Source of the DNA: Octopus vulgaris | Taxonomy: Eukaryota | DNA length: 64,000 nucleotides | Direction: 5' to 3' | NCBI GenBank assembly: GCA_951406725.2 | Contig: OX597821.1 | Location: forward strand, 97,774,001-97,838,000 | Part shown: piece by piece, positions 37,008-50,272 of the stretch | How positions within the stretch are numbered: position 1 is the first letter of the stretch | Layout of the letters: the number at the start of each line of letters is the position of its first letter | Made by a program: the position numbers and the translations under genes | The notes under the pieces: model-generated | The model's input: only the letters and a program-made list of their open reading frames with translations | What the model was told of the DNA's origin: nothing | Database searches by the model: none

Positions 37008-37274
37008 TATATATATATAGTTGAAAAAATATTAGAGATCTATACAAATCAAAATTTTTATATACAAAAGACGGAGGTGGAAATAGCACAGAAGTAAATC
37101 TATGACATTTCAATTTAGAAATCATTTAATAAAATGATTTTAAAATTACATAAAGAAAATATAGACTATTACCAGATTCAATGATGAATCACATTTTATC
37201 AAATATTAGTAAAAATTTATAAAAATTCGAAGTGAAAACAGTTTATCTTCTGTCTGGGGGGTCAAAAACAACAC

Positions 37275-37570
37275 CAATCTAAAGTTCTACATTACCAACA
37301 CAATTTTCATTGATAAAAATATCATCTACAGGCAATCCAGCAGCCATCCAATGAGATCCTATTATGGATGGCATAGAACGCAGACTATTTCGCTCTGAGG
37401 AGCACAATATACTTTGATGGAGATACATGGGTGATACCCTTGTTCTGACCCATTTCAGAGACAAGGCCAAAAAAGTCCCCAATACTTTTAGTGTCATTCT
37501 CAAGAACTTGAAGTTTGTGAGAAGCAATCAATGGTGGATGGATTCCACAGCCTGTTCAACTTCACAGCAT
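37275..37570 (+). pseudogene. Penelope-like reverse transcriptase relic
   Basis: Frameshifted KFYITNTIF..YRQ..PM..MDGIERRLF..WRYMGDTLV..ILKNLKF, resembling PLE motifs Y.Q..G.PMG / W.RYVDD / ..NLKFT. Confidence 0.5.
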
Positions 37571-38109
37571 TCATTCTTCTCTTCAAGTCAGGCTTCTATG
37601 AGGAGGCAACAATGGAAATATTCTCCCAGGTATTTAAAGTAATACTTTCTAATTTCAGTACAGGACCAGCAATTTTGAGAAGGGACAAGTCAATTTCATT
37701 GGCCTTAGTATTTGACTGATACTTTATTTGATTAACCCTGAAAGGATGAAAAACGAAGCTAACCTCAGCAGAATTTGAACTCAGAATGTAAAGAGATGGA
37801 AGAAATCCCTGTAAGCATTTTGTGCAACACTCTAATGATTCTGCCAACAAATTCATTAGCCTCCATATATCACATGAAGGCATTGAAAGATTTACTTCTG
37901 CCTGTGTTGGTAGGGTGGCTTGGTGAGATGATACTGGAGTGTCTTTTCTAGGTGACAGAGTTGGGCAAGGTGGCATGGAAGACCAGCGGTATTTCAGTCC
38001 TCTCCACATCATTGATGTTGTTCAAGGAAAGAGCAAGTGTTGATACAGCTTGGCATCAATGTTATCACAGGAGCTGCAAGAACAAAGTTGAAGACATGGG
38101 CAGAATACC

Positions 38110-38313
38110 TATTTCTTTACTACCCACAAGGGGCTACACACAGAGGAGACAAACAAGGACAGACAAACGGATTAAGTCGATTACATCGACCCCAGTGCGT
38201 AACTGGTACTTATTTAATCGACCCTGAAAGGATGAAAGGTAAAGTCGACCTCGGCGGAATTTGAACTCAGAACGTAGCAGCAGGCGAAATACCGCTAAGC
38301 ATTTTGCCCGGTG
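38110..38313 (-). mobile_element. SINE B
   Basis: Near-identical to 310-540. Confidence 0.85.
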
Positions 38314-39054
38314 TTGCCCAGCTTCCTGAGGTATTTCAACATTGTCTGTTTCGTACATTGGTTTTTTTTATCAGCTCAGAAGTGTGAAAAGCAAAGCTGG
38401 CCTCAGTGAGATTTGACCATGGAGACGTAAAGTATTTTGACTAACACTCTAAAGATTTTGCCAGCTACTTCACAACAACTACAACAGCTACAATTACAAC
38501 AACAATGGCTGCAAAAGCATAAACAACAACATCAGCTGTTACTACTACTACTACTAATACTACAGGAACACAATAATTGCAATAACACCTTTGCAGCTGC
38601 AAATTTTCTCGTTAGAGTTAAATATTTAGTTTCCTCATTCCTTCCCCTCACTCTCTCCATTCTAAATTAGTCTTTTTCTTCTCTCCCTCTCTTCTCCTCC
38701 TTCTTCTTCTTCTTCTTCTTCTTTCTATACCATTCTCTCTATCCTTCTCTCTCTTTATCTCCCCACCAAGAGTCTATACCTCACTATGACGTCAAGCATT
38801 ATCCTGGCCATGTTTAGTTGAAGATAAATCTCATTTCTTGCTATTTTTTCTCAAGGGATTTTGAGCCATCACCACCACCATTATCGTCATTGTCACCATC
38901 ATCATCATCATCATCATCGTCAACATAAACATGATCATTATCATCATCACCACTTTATCATCATCATCATCAGCAGCAGCAGCAGCGCCACCACCATTGC
39001 CACTGTCACTACCACCAATAACAATGGTATCTTCTTTTCCTTCTTCTTCTTCTA

Positions 39055-40344
39055 TCAGGTCATACCATAAGTTCTGTCCGATTTTACCTTTTTTTAAATT
39101 GAATGAAATTTAATAGTATTTTAGAATGTCTAATGGAATTAAAAATCATTTTTATGCATTTGTGTACATTTAAACTAATTAAATATTATTTTCAGAATAA
39201 CAGAATTAAAATTTCTTTGATTAAAACCCTTTCTAACATGGAAATATCCAAAGAGCATTTAAGGCACTCATAAGTTTTATGAGTACAAAAAAAGGAAACT
39301 CTGCAGCCAAAGCGACTCAAAACATACACTCAGTTTATGGTAAAGAATGCTTGAATGAAAGAACTTGCAGAAGATGGTTTGCATAATTCAGATGTGGAGA
39401 TTTCAGCCTTGAAGATGAAGATCAAGCAGGATGTCCAGTTGAGTATGATGATAAACTCCTTGAGGCATTACTTGGAGAAAATTCCTGCATTATCAGTTGA
39501 AGAATTGGCAATAAAGCTTAGTTCAAACCATACAACTGTTCATTGTCATCTTCAACAACTCGGAAAGGTTCCTAAACTCGGAAAATGGGTGTCTTATGAA
39601 TTGTTCGAAAGCAACCGCAAATGCTGAGTTGACATCTGCTCTTCTCTCCATTCTTGTGAACTCATTTCACCCTTTTTGGATAGATTTGTGACTGGTGACA
39701 AAAAATGGATCTTCTATCGAAATGTTAAATGTTGTAAACAGTGGTTTGGTAAAAGGGAAAAAGCTCAACCACAACCGAGAAGGGAACTTCATGGAAAAAA
39801 GGTTCTTCTCTCTATCTGGTGGGATTGCAAAGGAGTAATTCACTTTGAATTGTTACCACCTAATGCAACAATTAATGCTCAAGTCTACTGTCAGCAATTA
39901 GAGCGTTTGAACCAAGCTTTGAAGAAAAAGACCCACTTTAGTGAATCGAAAAGGAGTAATGTTTCATCAGGACAATGCATGACCCCCCACACTGCAAAGA
40001 TCACATCACAGAAGATCGAAGAGCTTGGTTGGGAAAAAATTCCTTATCCACCTTTTTCTCCCGACCTTGCTCCTTCAGACTACCATTTGTTTCGTAGTTT
40101 ACAGAATCATTTGGGGAACATAACTTTCGCAAGCCAGGAGGAGGTCAAAACTGACATTTCAGAGTTCTTTGCTTTGAAACCAAAAGAGTTTTACATTGAT
40201 AGGATTAAAAAGCTTGTAAATAGATGGAAGGAAGTCATAGATAATCAGGGAAAGTACATTGATGATTAAATTTCAATTAAATATAACATTTGATCACTTG
40301 TTTTCTTTATTTAAAATTTGGACAGAAATTATGGGATGACCTGA
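39055..40344 (+). mobile_element. Full-length mariner (DD34D) element with inactivated transposase
   Basis: TA-flanked TIRs TCAGGTCATACCATAAGTTCTGTCC / GGACAGAAATTATGGGATGACCTGA; motifs VTGDKKWI, LSIWWD and SPDLAPSDYHLF; frameshifts in 39238-40269. Confidence 0.92.
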
Positions 40345-41060
40345 TATATTTATAAGAGAGAGATTCTGTTCATTTGAGTGTGTGTTTGTCCCATAAAGTG
40401 CAAGTAAATGGTTCAAGGGAGGCAACACTAATTGTGCACAAACCTATGTGTTGAGGCAAATATTCTCACTGGTTGTGGTAAACGTGACACCGTCTTCGTT
40501 CCTCACATACCATCTAATGTCCCATTGGAACAAGGCCAGCAATTTTGGGGGAGAGAAAGCTAGTCAATTATATCAACTCCAGTGTTTGACTGGTACTTAT
40601 TTTATTGACTCCAAAAAGATGTAAGGCAAAGCCAATATTTGCAGCATTTGAACTCAGAATGTAAGGACGGACGAAATGCCACTAATCATTTTGTCTGGCG
40701 TACTAATGATTCTGCCAGCTAACCATCTTAAGGAGGAGGAGGAGTAATCCTTTCTTCATAGCTCACAAGGTCCCATACATACAGTATCAAGTATGTTAGA
40801 CCAAATGGGCTGCAAAACATGTAAGGATAAACATATAGTAAGGGCACTAAAACAGTTGAAAAGCTCCATATAACGAAGAACAAAAAAAGGCAATTCATAC
40901 CCACACAGGAGTAGGAAGCTGTCATATTAGGTATCACCACCTTATGATCTTTACCACTCTTTTCCTTAAATCCAATCACTTCCTTAAATCAGGTCTTCCA
41001 AAATTACCCTTGAACATTTTTAGCTTTAGTCAAGTCATGAACTGTCTCACATCATATGTG

Positions 41061-41354
41061 CAGTGATTCCTTGACTGTTGAAGAATCACTGATGTACTAT
41101 TAACAGTCTATATATTTTTTACCTATGGACCCCTTTGATTCCTGTTTTACTCGGATGGACCTTCCTAGGCATTCAATGTTTTAAAAAGTCCTTCTATATT
41201 TTTATAATCAAATATTATTAGGAATTGTATCAAAGAATTGTTAAAATATTTTGTGTATTGTAGAGGCATAACCTAAGTTATTGCAGATAAATTTTAACAA
41301 CAGAATCTTATATTGACCTCCAAGGGCCATATGGACCCTGGTTGAGAATCACTG
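41061..41354. mobile_element. hAT(Charlie)-like MITE
   Basis: CAGTGATTC... / ...GGTTGAGAATCACTG followed by CTCTAG; internal GGACCC repeats. Confidence 0.5.
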
Positions 41355-42400
41355 CTCTAGAGGTACCATTTTGTGTTAATCCTTCATCTCTTCAAATAGT
41401 TTAGCATTTGTTGTTCTCTCTTTTAGGTTTAGCATCAAATCAGGTTGGTTATAGTTGCTATAAAGTTTAAGTATTCCAAAAGTACGTCATATTTGTAATT
41501 AGTTTGTTCCATTTTTTTTTTTAATTAACTCCTTTCTTGTTTCTCTTTTGCTCTTTTCTTGCTCTCCCCTGTGGTTTTCCCAGCTTGTTCCCAAACTTTG
41601 TTGCTTCAAGCTGATAGGATACAAGTGGCACAGAAAATGAGATGAGAGGAGATTTAATTTGTCACTGTTTTTGCTCTGGTTATCTCTGGCGATGCTGTGA
41701 GAGCAGCAGCAGTCATGGTTGTCACCACAAAGGCTTGTTGTTATCACCACATCTGCTGCTGTGATACCCTCTTTTGTTACTTCTCATTTTATGAACAGAA
41801 AGCCCTCAAGTTGACTTCGCTACCACATATGTAATAACTGGATAGTCTGCTCTATGTCTCCAGACAGATTAACACCCCACTCCATTCAGGATACAGCTCT
41901 GGAATAACTAATTGATTTTCCAGAGCCATCAGAACCTGGATAGCCATTAACACTCTACCCAACTGCATGTTCCTTTAGGTTACAACCTGCTCATATCAAG
42001 CTGCAAAGGTAACAATGAATCAAGAGGCAATGTCTGTATGGGAGCCTCAGCTTGTCACTTTAGTGTTTCTCCTGCCTATGTACTGCAGCACTGTCTTGTT
42101 AGTAGGTGTTTAGAGCAAGCACCTTGCTTATCCTTGCTCTTAAATAATACACACATGCTTCCATATTCCCTGATTCTGTTGAGAGAGCATACTTCTTGTA
42201 ACACATCAGCCAGGGATCCCTCAACCTCCTCTTAAGAGGGTATATGGAAACCCTTCCTGTTTCCAAAGAACACTTTTCACCCTGCTTCTCTCTCTCTCTT
42301 TCTCTGGCTAATTCCTCAAATAAAGAACCACTGTTTTTTGTGACATGCTTAATCGACATTTGTTCAGGAGAGAGAACTAACCATAGTAAAAAATAAATAA

Positions 42401-42630
42401 ATGCAGGCTCATGGGCCCGGTTTCCTGGTTTCAATGGTGTATGTGTTCCCCAGCTGGATGGGATGCCAGTCCATCACAGCATTACTCATTTTTGCCAGCT
42501 GAGTGGACTGGAGCAACATGAAACAAAGTGTTTTGCTCAAGAACACAACGCGTCACCCGGTCCAGGAATTGAAACCACAATCTTATGACCATGATGCTGA
42601 CACCCTAACCACTAAGCCAGGCACCTCCAC
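42401..42630 (-). mobile_element. SINE family D (tRNA head plus conserved central domain)
   Basis: Reverse complement GTGGAGGTGCCTGGCTTAGTGGTTAGG..GGTTTCAATTCC..GTTCTTGAGCAAAACAC..CAGTCCACTCAGCTG..GATGGACTGGCATCCCATCCAG. Confidence 0.75.
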
Positions 42631-43577
42631 ATACTAACTATGGTAGTAAGAACAATTTGGGATGTGTGGGGTTACCTGACTGGCACCAAATAGCTATCCT
42701 CTTTATTAATATCAACAGTGAACTGCTTTATTTAGCAGAGACCCATAACCTTTTTCTAGCCATTGTGTGTGGTCCCATAGTTCAGTGTTTAGCCATAACC
42801 ACCAGTGAGATTTGAATTCCTCAGCAAAGTTTGAACGCAGGTCACAAGAGCCAGAACAATACCACAAGGCACACTATTATTTGGTACTCCAACAATTCTG
42901 CCAATCCATTTTTGCTGGAGTGGCACTTTATTTACCAAGCCCAAAAGAATGAAAGACAAAGATGATCTTATTAGGATTTGAACTCGGATTATCTAAAAGT
43001 GCAGTGCACTGTAACAAATACCACAATGCATTATATCTCATTCAACACTAATGACTCTGTCAATTCATTGTCCTTTAAGAGGCTTTTATGCTCTTGTTTT
43101 GCACATCTGTCCACCCCCAATGCTAGATCTAACCCCACCCACACTATTTGTATCTGGTACTTGTAATGTCTCCTCATCTATTCCTCTTGAACATCATCCT
43201 CATTAACATCATCATTGTCATCTTCATAATCACCATTGTTGTTGTAGTTGCTGTTTTTGTTATTGATGTTGCCATTGACGGTGATGGTGGGGCTGGTGCC
43301 GGTAGTGGTGACAGTTTGATAAAGAAATCCAAGATAAAACAAAAGGTTGTTTCTCTTGATGGTAGCAATAAGTGATGCATTGACATTTAAACAGGCAATT
43401 ATTAAGAGTTAGAAGGATTGAAATAACAGAGAGAGAGGGAGGGGATAGGGGGGGGGGAGAGATACTATTTAGAGAGTACGAGTGAAAGAGAGGGAGAAAT
43501 GGAGAAAGAAAGTGTCAGGCATCAGCTGTTGAGAATGATACAGAAAGAGAGATTCAGGGATATATACAGAAGTATTA

Positions 43578-43621
43578 ACAGACAGACAGACAGACAGACA
43601 GAAAGATAGACATATAGATAA

Positions 43622-43692
<71 letters not shown>

Positions 43693-43766
43693 CACAGATA
43701 GAGATAGATAGACAGATAGACAGATAGATAGATAAATAGATAGATGGATAGATAGACAGATAGATG

Positions 43767-43829
<63 letters not shown>

Positions 43830-43841
43830 GGAGAGAGAGAG

Positions 43842-43892
<51 letters not shown>
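43578..43892. repeat. (GATA)n/(GACA)n microsatellite
   Basis: Direct reading. Confidence 0.97.
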
Positions 43893-43972
43893 CTTGGAAA
43901 TGGATGCATGGCGTTCAATCATATAATAATATAAATAAAATATATATATATATACATATATACATACATATA

Positions 43973-44013
<41 letters not shown>

Positions 44014-44104
44014 TGTATGTATGTATGTATGTATGTATGTACGTATATATATATATATATATATATTCTATATATATATTATTTATATACATTATTTATA
44101 CTAT

Positions 44105-44135
<31 letters not shown>

Positions 44136-44405
44136 GTAGATAGGTAGATAGAGAGGGAGACAGAAAGAGAGACAAAGAGAAGCTGTTGATCATATAATTG
44201 GTAAATCTGAGAGTATTTTTATGTATATTTACCACGTTATCTATACAACACATTGACAGAATTGTATACAACACATGTGCAGGATTAGCCAGATAAAATT
44301 AATGGGTCTATTTATTTACACACACATAAATATACACTTAAGGCAGTGCCCCAGCATGGCCACAGTCAAATGACTGAAACGTGTAAAATAGTAAAAGAAT
44401 ATATA

Positions 44406-45682
44406 TTAGGTTAGCAACTAAGTTCCTGCTGTTTTTTTTTAATTAAAATTTTTTAAAAGGTTTAATAAAAAAAATAACAACTAATTAATCAATAATGTAT
44501 TCACCCTTATTGCTTACAACTTCTTCTCAACGTTCAACAAGATTTTCAATACTTCGTTAGTAGAAATCACCCGATTTTGACTCGAAAAATTTATCCAACC
44601 AAGCTCTCAATTCTGCTTCAGTATTGAACGAAACTCCATGCATAGCATTTGAAAGAGATTGAAGGAGGTGGAAATCCATTGGTGCCAAATCAGGAGAGTA
44701 TGGCAGTTGTGGCAGCATTTCCCAGCCATACGTTTGAATGGCTTCCTTGGTCATATTGGTGATATGACGGCAGGAATTTTCGTGCAGCAGAACACCATGC
44801 TGACGATTAGGTCTTTTCTCTTGAATAGCCATGTTGAGTCATTCAATCTGTTGAACATAGAGTTCCGCGTTGACCGTTTGGTTCCATTCAATCAATTTGT
44901 AATGGATAATCCTATCCCAGTCCCACCATAAGCACAACATCGTTTTATGCAGATGAAGATCTTGTTTCACGTGCGGTGTACTTGTTTACTGGGGCTAAGC
45001 CATTCCTTACACTGCTTCATATTGATGTACGGGTACCATTTTTCATCACCAGTAACGAATCGATTAAGAAATCACTGCTTGTGTCCATGAGTTGAGCGGT
45101 GACGTGAAAGCAAACCAGCGGAGATTGTGGCTTGTTGATTTTTGTTGTTGTCACTTAAACATGCGGAACCCATGCTCCATACTGCTTCTCTATAGCAGTG
45201 TGGGAGCATTCCATTTTCTCTGCCAGTTCCCTTGTCATTTGACGAGAATTTTCGTGCAAAAGTTGGTTTAATCACTCTTCATCGAACTCAACTGGATGGC
45301 CAGAATGAGGAGCGTCTTTGAGGTCAAAATTTCCATTTTTGAACTTGGCATACCAATCATGAGCGGTTCTTTCAGCTATGGCACCCTCTCCATACACAGC
45401 ACAAATGTTGCAAGCAGCTTTTGCAGCCTTACAACCTTGATTAAAAGCAAAAAGAAGGAGGTGTCGAAAATGCTCGTTTTTCTTAACTTGACATTCCATT
45501 TTAATCATCTGAAAATAAACAAAATTCAGCTAAATTTAACTAGAAAAAAAAAATAAAATAGATTCCAAAATGATTCAAATAGAATTATAGAAATCTCGGA
45601 AAAAATAGATTCCAAAATTTAAAAACGCAATTAAATTCCAAAATTTAAAAAAAAAACAGTGGGAACTTAGTTGCTAACCCAA
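44406..45682 (-). mobile_element. Full-length mariner element with degenerate transposase
   Basis: TA-flanked TIRs TTAGGTTAGCAACTAAGTTCC / GGAACTTAGTTGCTAACCCAA; minus-strand HFRHLLLFAF..DWYAKFKNGNFDLKD, VTGDEKW and PYSPDLAPMDFHL. Confidence 0.9.
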
Positions 45683-46857
45683 TAAAAAACAAACAATAAG
45701 TAGAGGGAGGAAAATACTGCAAGAAAACATTCTGCATGATGTATATAAATATAGAGAACAGGAGAATCTTACTTGCTATATTAGATTTACAGAAGAAGCT
45801 AAAATAACAAACAAACAAATCTTTAATTAACTGCACATATCCCTGCAATTCAAAGGCAAAATTTTCTTCCAAGCAAGATTCAAATCTGGAGATAACTCCT
45901 AATCCAAATTTTAGGGTAGCATTAACAAAATGCAGTTTATTAGTGGATCTTGCCTTTGTAATCAAATGCTTGAAGTAATGTATGTGTTTCACTCTTGTTG
46001 AATCTCTTCAGCAAAGTATATTCACATATAGTCGGCTTGTTTAAAAAGCTGTGTGTAACTGCCTCTATTTATAATAGACAGGGTCACTGTGTCTGGTGCA
46101 GATGCTATCAACAGTATTCGAATTTTGATATCGTTGGTTTTTTAAATTTTTTTTTGTGATTTTTGTATAATGCCTGTGTGTTTACTTTGGCTTTGTGCTG
46201 AATATTGACCATTGTTTCAGTTTTTTAAATCAATATCCAGATCAGTACAAATAAAACTCTTAGCAATATAAAACTCCCATTTCTAGACATAAAAATTCAT
46301 ATAGAAAAAACCACAGATACATCACGTTCATTTACACAAAATATAGACATGCATATATTTTTTGTATGGAGACAATGAATGTCTAGACAGATATTTAATG
46401 TCAGTAATAAAATCCATGTATAGAATAACATTCACACTTTCCTCCACAAACAATTGCACAAACATCTTTTACACAGAGTATATGAATTACAAAGCAGTAA
46501 ATAAAAATATTTATGAAAATAAAATAATTACTAATCAACAACTGAATAATGCATGAATAATCCAATCCGTGGATTGGTTTAGTAATATTTGTGTTTAAGA
46601 ATACACAAAATACATCAGAATGGAATGAATGCCAATTATAGATTAGATAACACAATCAAAACTTCACAATAGTGCATAGAATGCATTATACTAAATGATA
46701 AATTAATTCTAATTATACATGCTGCTAAAATTTAAGGCATCCATAATAGTACCAAAGCACAAGCACATCAATCCACGAACAACTTAGAAATGATTAATAT
46801 GATTTACATATTCAGTTGCAAACATAAAAGCTGTAAACTTTTTCCAACTGTTATATG

Positions 46858-47340
46858 TCAACAGCAATATTTGGGACAGCACATACATCTTTGGGACAGT
46901 TTGACATATAATTTGTGGATGCTCAAAACTGGCCCAAAAGGAGTTCAAAAAACACCATACCATGACAAAGTGGTAGTATGAATACACTTGGATTTGTGCA
47001 CAGGAAATATGGGCTAGAAAGTTCCAATAAGTGGTATGAGCACGAAAAGTTGGTGCTCATACCACTTGTATGATCAGGTGAAACTTATACGGGATATGCC
47101 AATCTACACATAAGAAGCAGCAGCATAACCAACCAGGTAACACTCTCCTGTGGAAGGAGGTCAAAGAACAAACCCTCATTCACGTAGCTATTCCTGCAGA
47201 CCAAAATATTGTGAAGACAAAAGAATGAGGAAGTTGAGAAGTACTAAAACATAACATTGGAAGTGAACTGCATCCATAGAGCTTCTAAAGTGAGTGTCCT
47301 ACCTATCATGATTAATGCACTTGGGACCATTTCAAAGAAA
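46858..47340 (+). mobile_element. R4/Dong-type LINE C-terminal fragment (zinc knuckle plus restriction-like endonuclease)
   Basis: Frameshifted TV*HIICGCSKLAQKEFK..HDKV..IHLDLC..KYG..KWYEH..VAIPADQNI..EKY..INALGTI. Confidence 0.7.
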
Positions 47341-47348
47341 GTAATATT

Positions 47349-47511
47349 CATCATCATCATCATCGTTTAATGTCCGTTTTCCATGCTAGCATGGGTTGTA
47401 CGGTTCAACTGGGGTCTGGGAAGCCAGGAGGCTGCGCCAGGCCCAGTCTGATCTGGCAGTGTTTCTACAGCTGGATGCCCTTCCTAACGCCAACCACTCC
47501 GAGAGTGTAGT
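47349..47511 (-). mobile_element. SINE C 3' fragment
   Basis: (CAT)n..CCATGCTAGCATGGGTTG..GGATGCCCTTCCTAACGCCAACCACTCC. Confidence 0.85.
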
Positions 47512-47544
47512 CCAGAAAAAAGCTGCAAATACCAATGAAGCTTG

Positions 47545-47752
47545 GTGTAGATTGGCATACAAGTGGTATGAGCACTAACTTATTGGAACTTTCTAGCCCA
47601 TATTTCCTGCACAAATCCAAATGTATTCATACTACCGCTGGTGTTTTTTTAACTCCTTTTGGGCCAGTTTTGAGCATCCACAAATTATATGCCAAACTGT
47701 CTCAGATGTGTTTTCACATAATCTACGCAAAGGTGATATTGCTGTCTTATCA
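47545..47752 (-). repeat. Inverted partial duplicate of the R4-like fragment
   Basis: Reverse complement of 46858-47110 with internal deletions. Confidence 0.8.
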
Positions 47753-47833
47753 ATGCCACACTTGATTGAGTTGGTTTGTAATGCTTGTTCTTGAGCAGCA
47801 AGGCTTACTCCTTTTCTCCTTCAAAAATCCATT

Positions 47834-47834
47834 A

Positions 47835-47909
<75 letters not shown>

Positions 47910-48035
47910 GCCACCACCACCACCACCACCACTACAACTACAACTACTACTACCACTACTACTACTACTACCACCACCACCACCACCGCCGCCGCCGCCG
48001 CCACCACCACCACCACCACCACTACTGCTACCACT
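47834..48035. repeat. (ACT)n/(ACC)n/(GCC)n microsatellite
   Basis: Direct reading. Confidence 0.97.
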
Positions 48036-48629
48036 GTTGCGACCTCTGCTGCTGTTGTTCTTGTTGTCATTATCACTATCATCGTTGTGATTATCATATT
48101 CCTTGCATTCACAAAAAAAGGATTTATCTGTGCACTTCTGTATGGATTCCTTAACTGACAAAACAGCAACAGTGACAACAACAACAACAACAACAACATG
48201 GTAATGAAAATGGCAACAGAGATAAATTTTCACACTTAAAGGTTTTCTTTGAAAATAATATTTATGAATATGTTAATGTCATGGAAGAGTAGAGAAGCCG
48301 TATCAAAGAACACCACAAAATAATCTAGAAAGAAGAGAAAGGAGAAAGTGAAAGGAAAAAAAAGCAGTAAAACAAAAAACAAAAAAAAGATTGTCTTCAA
48401 AATAATGTTAAGTTACACTTTCAATAGATATAATGAAAAATTCTGAGATTGTTGAATTGAGGAAATATTCTTTGAGGAAAATGCTGGTGAATTCCAGAAA
48501 AATAAAATAAATAAATAAATAAATGTTTAAAATGAGGGAGAAAGGGAAATTAAAATATACATGTGTGTGTGTGTCTCCAAGAATGTAAGCAAACTATAAC
48601 TACACACACACACATACATACATACATAC

Positions 48630-48678
<49 letters not shown>

Positions 48679-48805
48679 AGTAGTTGAATGAATTATCTTA
48701 TTAAGGATAATTCGGTTGACCGATACCTGGGTAGCAATTTCACGTCAGAAACATATGTTGAGAATAAAGGAATTTTGTTAATTCGGCGTTCAACTCCATT
48801 CTTTC

Positions 48806-48848
<43 letters not shown>

Positions 48849-48972
48849 AGACAATGGTGTCATTGAGACCCGAAGGTGTCAGGTAATGCTGAATAAGTGC
48901 TATAGACAGACCATAGTTAAGTTCCAGATTCGGTAATACTGTGAATTCAACATTGGTTCTATGTCAGCATGT

Positions 48973-49070
48973 GTATATAAGAATTTTTTGTGTAATAAGA
49001 TAAAAAAAACCAAGGCTATCTATACAGCCTTGGTTTCTTTTATCTTATTACACAAGAAATTCTTATATAC
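48973..49070. repeat. ~45-bp-arm hairpin palindrome
   Basis: GTATATAAGAATTT..AACCAAGGCT-atctatac-AGCCTTGGTT..AAATTCTTATATAC. Confidence 0.85.
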
Positions 49071-49268
49071 GTATATATATATAATTAATAATATCAAGGG
49101 TAATAAGAAATATTAGAAATTTCTACTACCAGTGGCCTAGTGTGTAAAAATTTAGTCAATAGACTATATATTATTCATATAAATACAGTGTACATTTAAG
49201 ATTAAGTTCAATAGTAATTACTAATGCCCTCTCTCAAAAATTAATTGTTTGATATCTAAATTAGAAAC

Positions 49269-49696
49269 GTTTATATATTTGTTGTGCAAGATTTTTTATG
49301 TGAAGTCGTGTGTTGAAACAGATATTGTTATATTTCGGAATGGTCATTTTGCCAGTTTAGCCAATAAAAACACACACACTATATATTTGGTGTTACTTTG
49401 CTTCAGTGTTATTTATTTTTTACATTAATCTTAATCTTATTTCGGCCAGAGTTCTTTTGTCACACTTCTGTGGCCTTTGTTTTCTTCTTTCTTATTTGTC
49501 TCTCCTTACTTACTAAGAAAGAAGAAAACAAAGGACCACTGATGTGGTCACAGGAGTGTGACGAAAGAACTCTGGCCAAAATAAGATTAAGATTAATGTA
49601 AAAAATAAATAACACTGAAGCAAAATAACACCAAATATATAGTGCGTGTGTTTTTATTGGCTAAACTGGCAAAATGACCATTCCTAAATACAACAA
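49269..49696. mobile_element. Fold-back insertion with hammerhead motif and 12-bp TSD (Penelope-like inverted pLTR)
   Basis: Arms ~49324-49495 and ~49515-49697; TSD TAAATTAGAAAC at 49257-49268 and 49697-49708. Confidence 0.8.
49533..49577 (+). ncRNA. Type-I hammerhead-like ribozyme motif (core CUGAUGU)
   Basis: GGACCA-CTGATGT-G-GTCAC(AGGAGT)GTGAC-GAAA-GAAC-TC-TGGCC. Confidence 0.65.
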
Positions 49697-49719
49697 TAAA
49701 TTAGAAACCTTCATCGTAA

Positions 49720-50130
49720 TCATCATTTAATATCTGATTCTCCATGCTGGCATGAGTTGGACAGTTTGACAGAAGTTGGCCAGCTGTTTTGACATGGGTT
49801 CTACAACTGGATGCCCTTCCTAACACCAACCACTTTATAGAGGGTACTGCATGCTTCTATATGGCACTGGTACGGGTGCTTTTAAATGATACTGGCACAA
49901 GTGCTTTTATATGACACCAACACAGGCACATTAAGTGACATTGACAGGCTTTTTTACATGGCACCAGCATGGATGCTTATTCGTGGCATCAGCACGGGCA
50001 CTTTTACTTAGCACCAGCATGGGAGCTTTCATATGGCACAGGCAAAGGAACTTTTATGTAGTACTGGCATGGGCACCTTTACATGGTGCCAGCACAGATG
50101 TTTTTATGTGATACCAGCACAGGTACTTTT
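49720..50130 (-). mobile_element. Old SINE C-related copy with expanded ~25-30-bp tandem units
   Basis: GGATGCCCTTCCTAACACCAACCAC, followed by repeated (G)CTTTTACATGGCACCAGCA(C/T)GG units. Confidence 0.65.
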
Positions 50131-50180
50131 AAGATAGTTAAATGGTAGTATTTATTTTTGTTTCTTTATGCTAGAATTCA

Positions 50181-50272
<92 letters not shown>

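Noticed and set aside
39676-40269. SETMAR-like or host-gene call for the 197-aa ORF
   Set aside because: It lies within TA-flanked TIRs, is frameshifted and has no SET domain; it is a dead mariner.
47750-48233. Mucin-like poly-T, poly-V or poly-G/S ORFs with a hydrophobic tail
   Set aside because: Trinucleotide microsatellite open in several frames; no splice or homology support.
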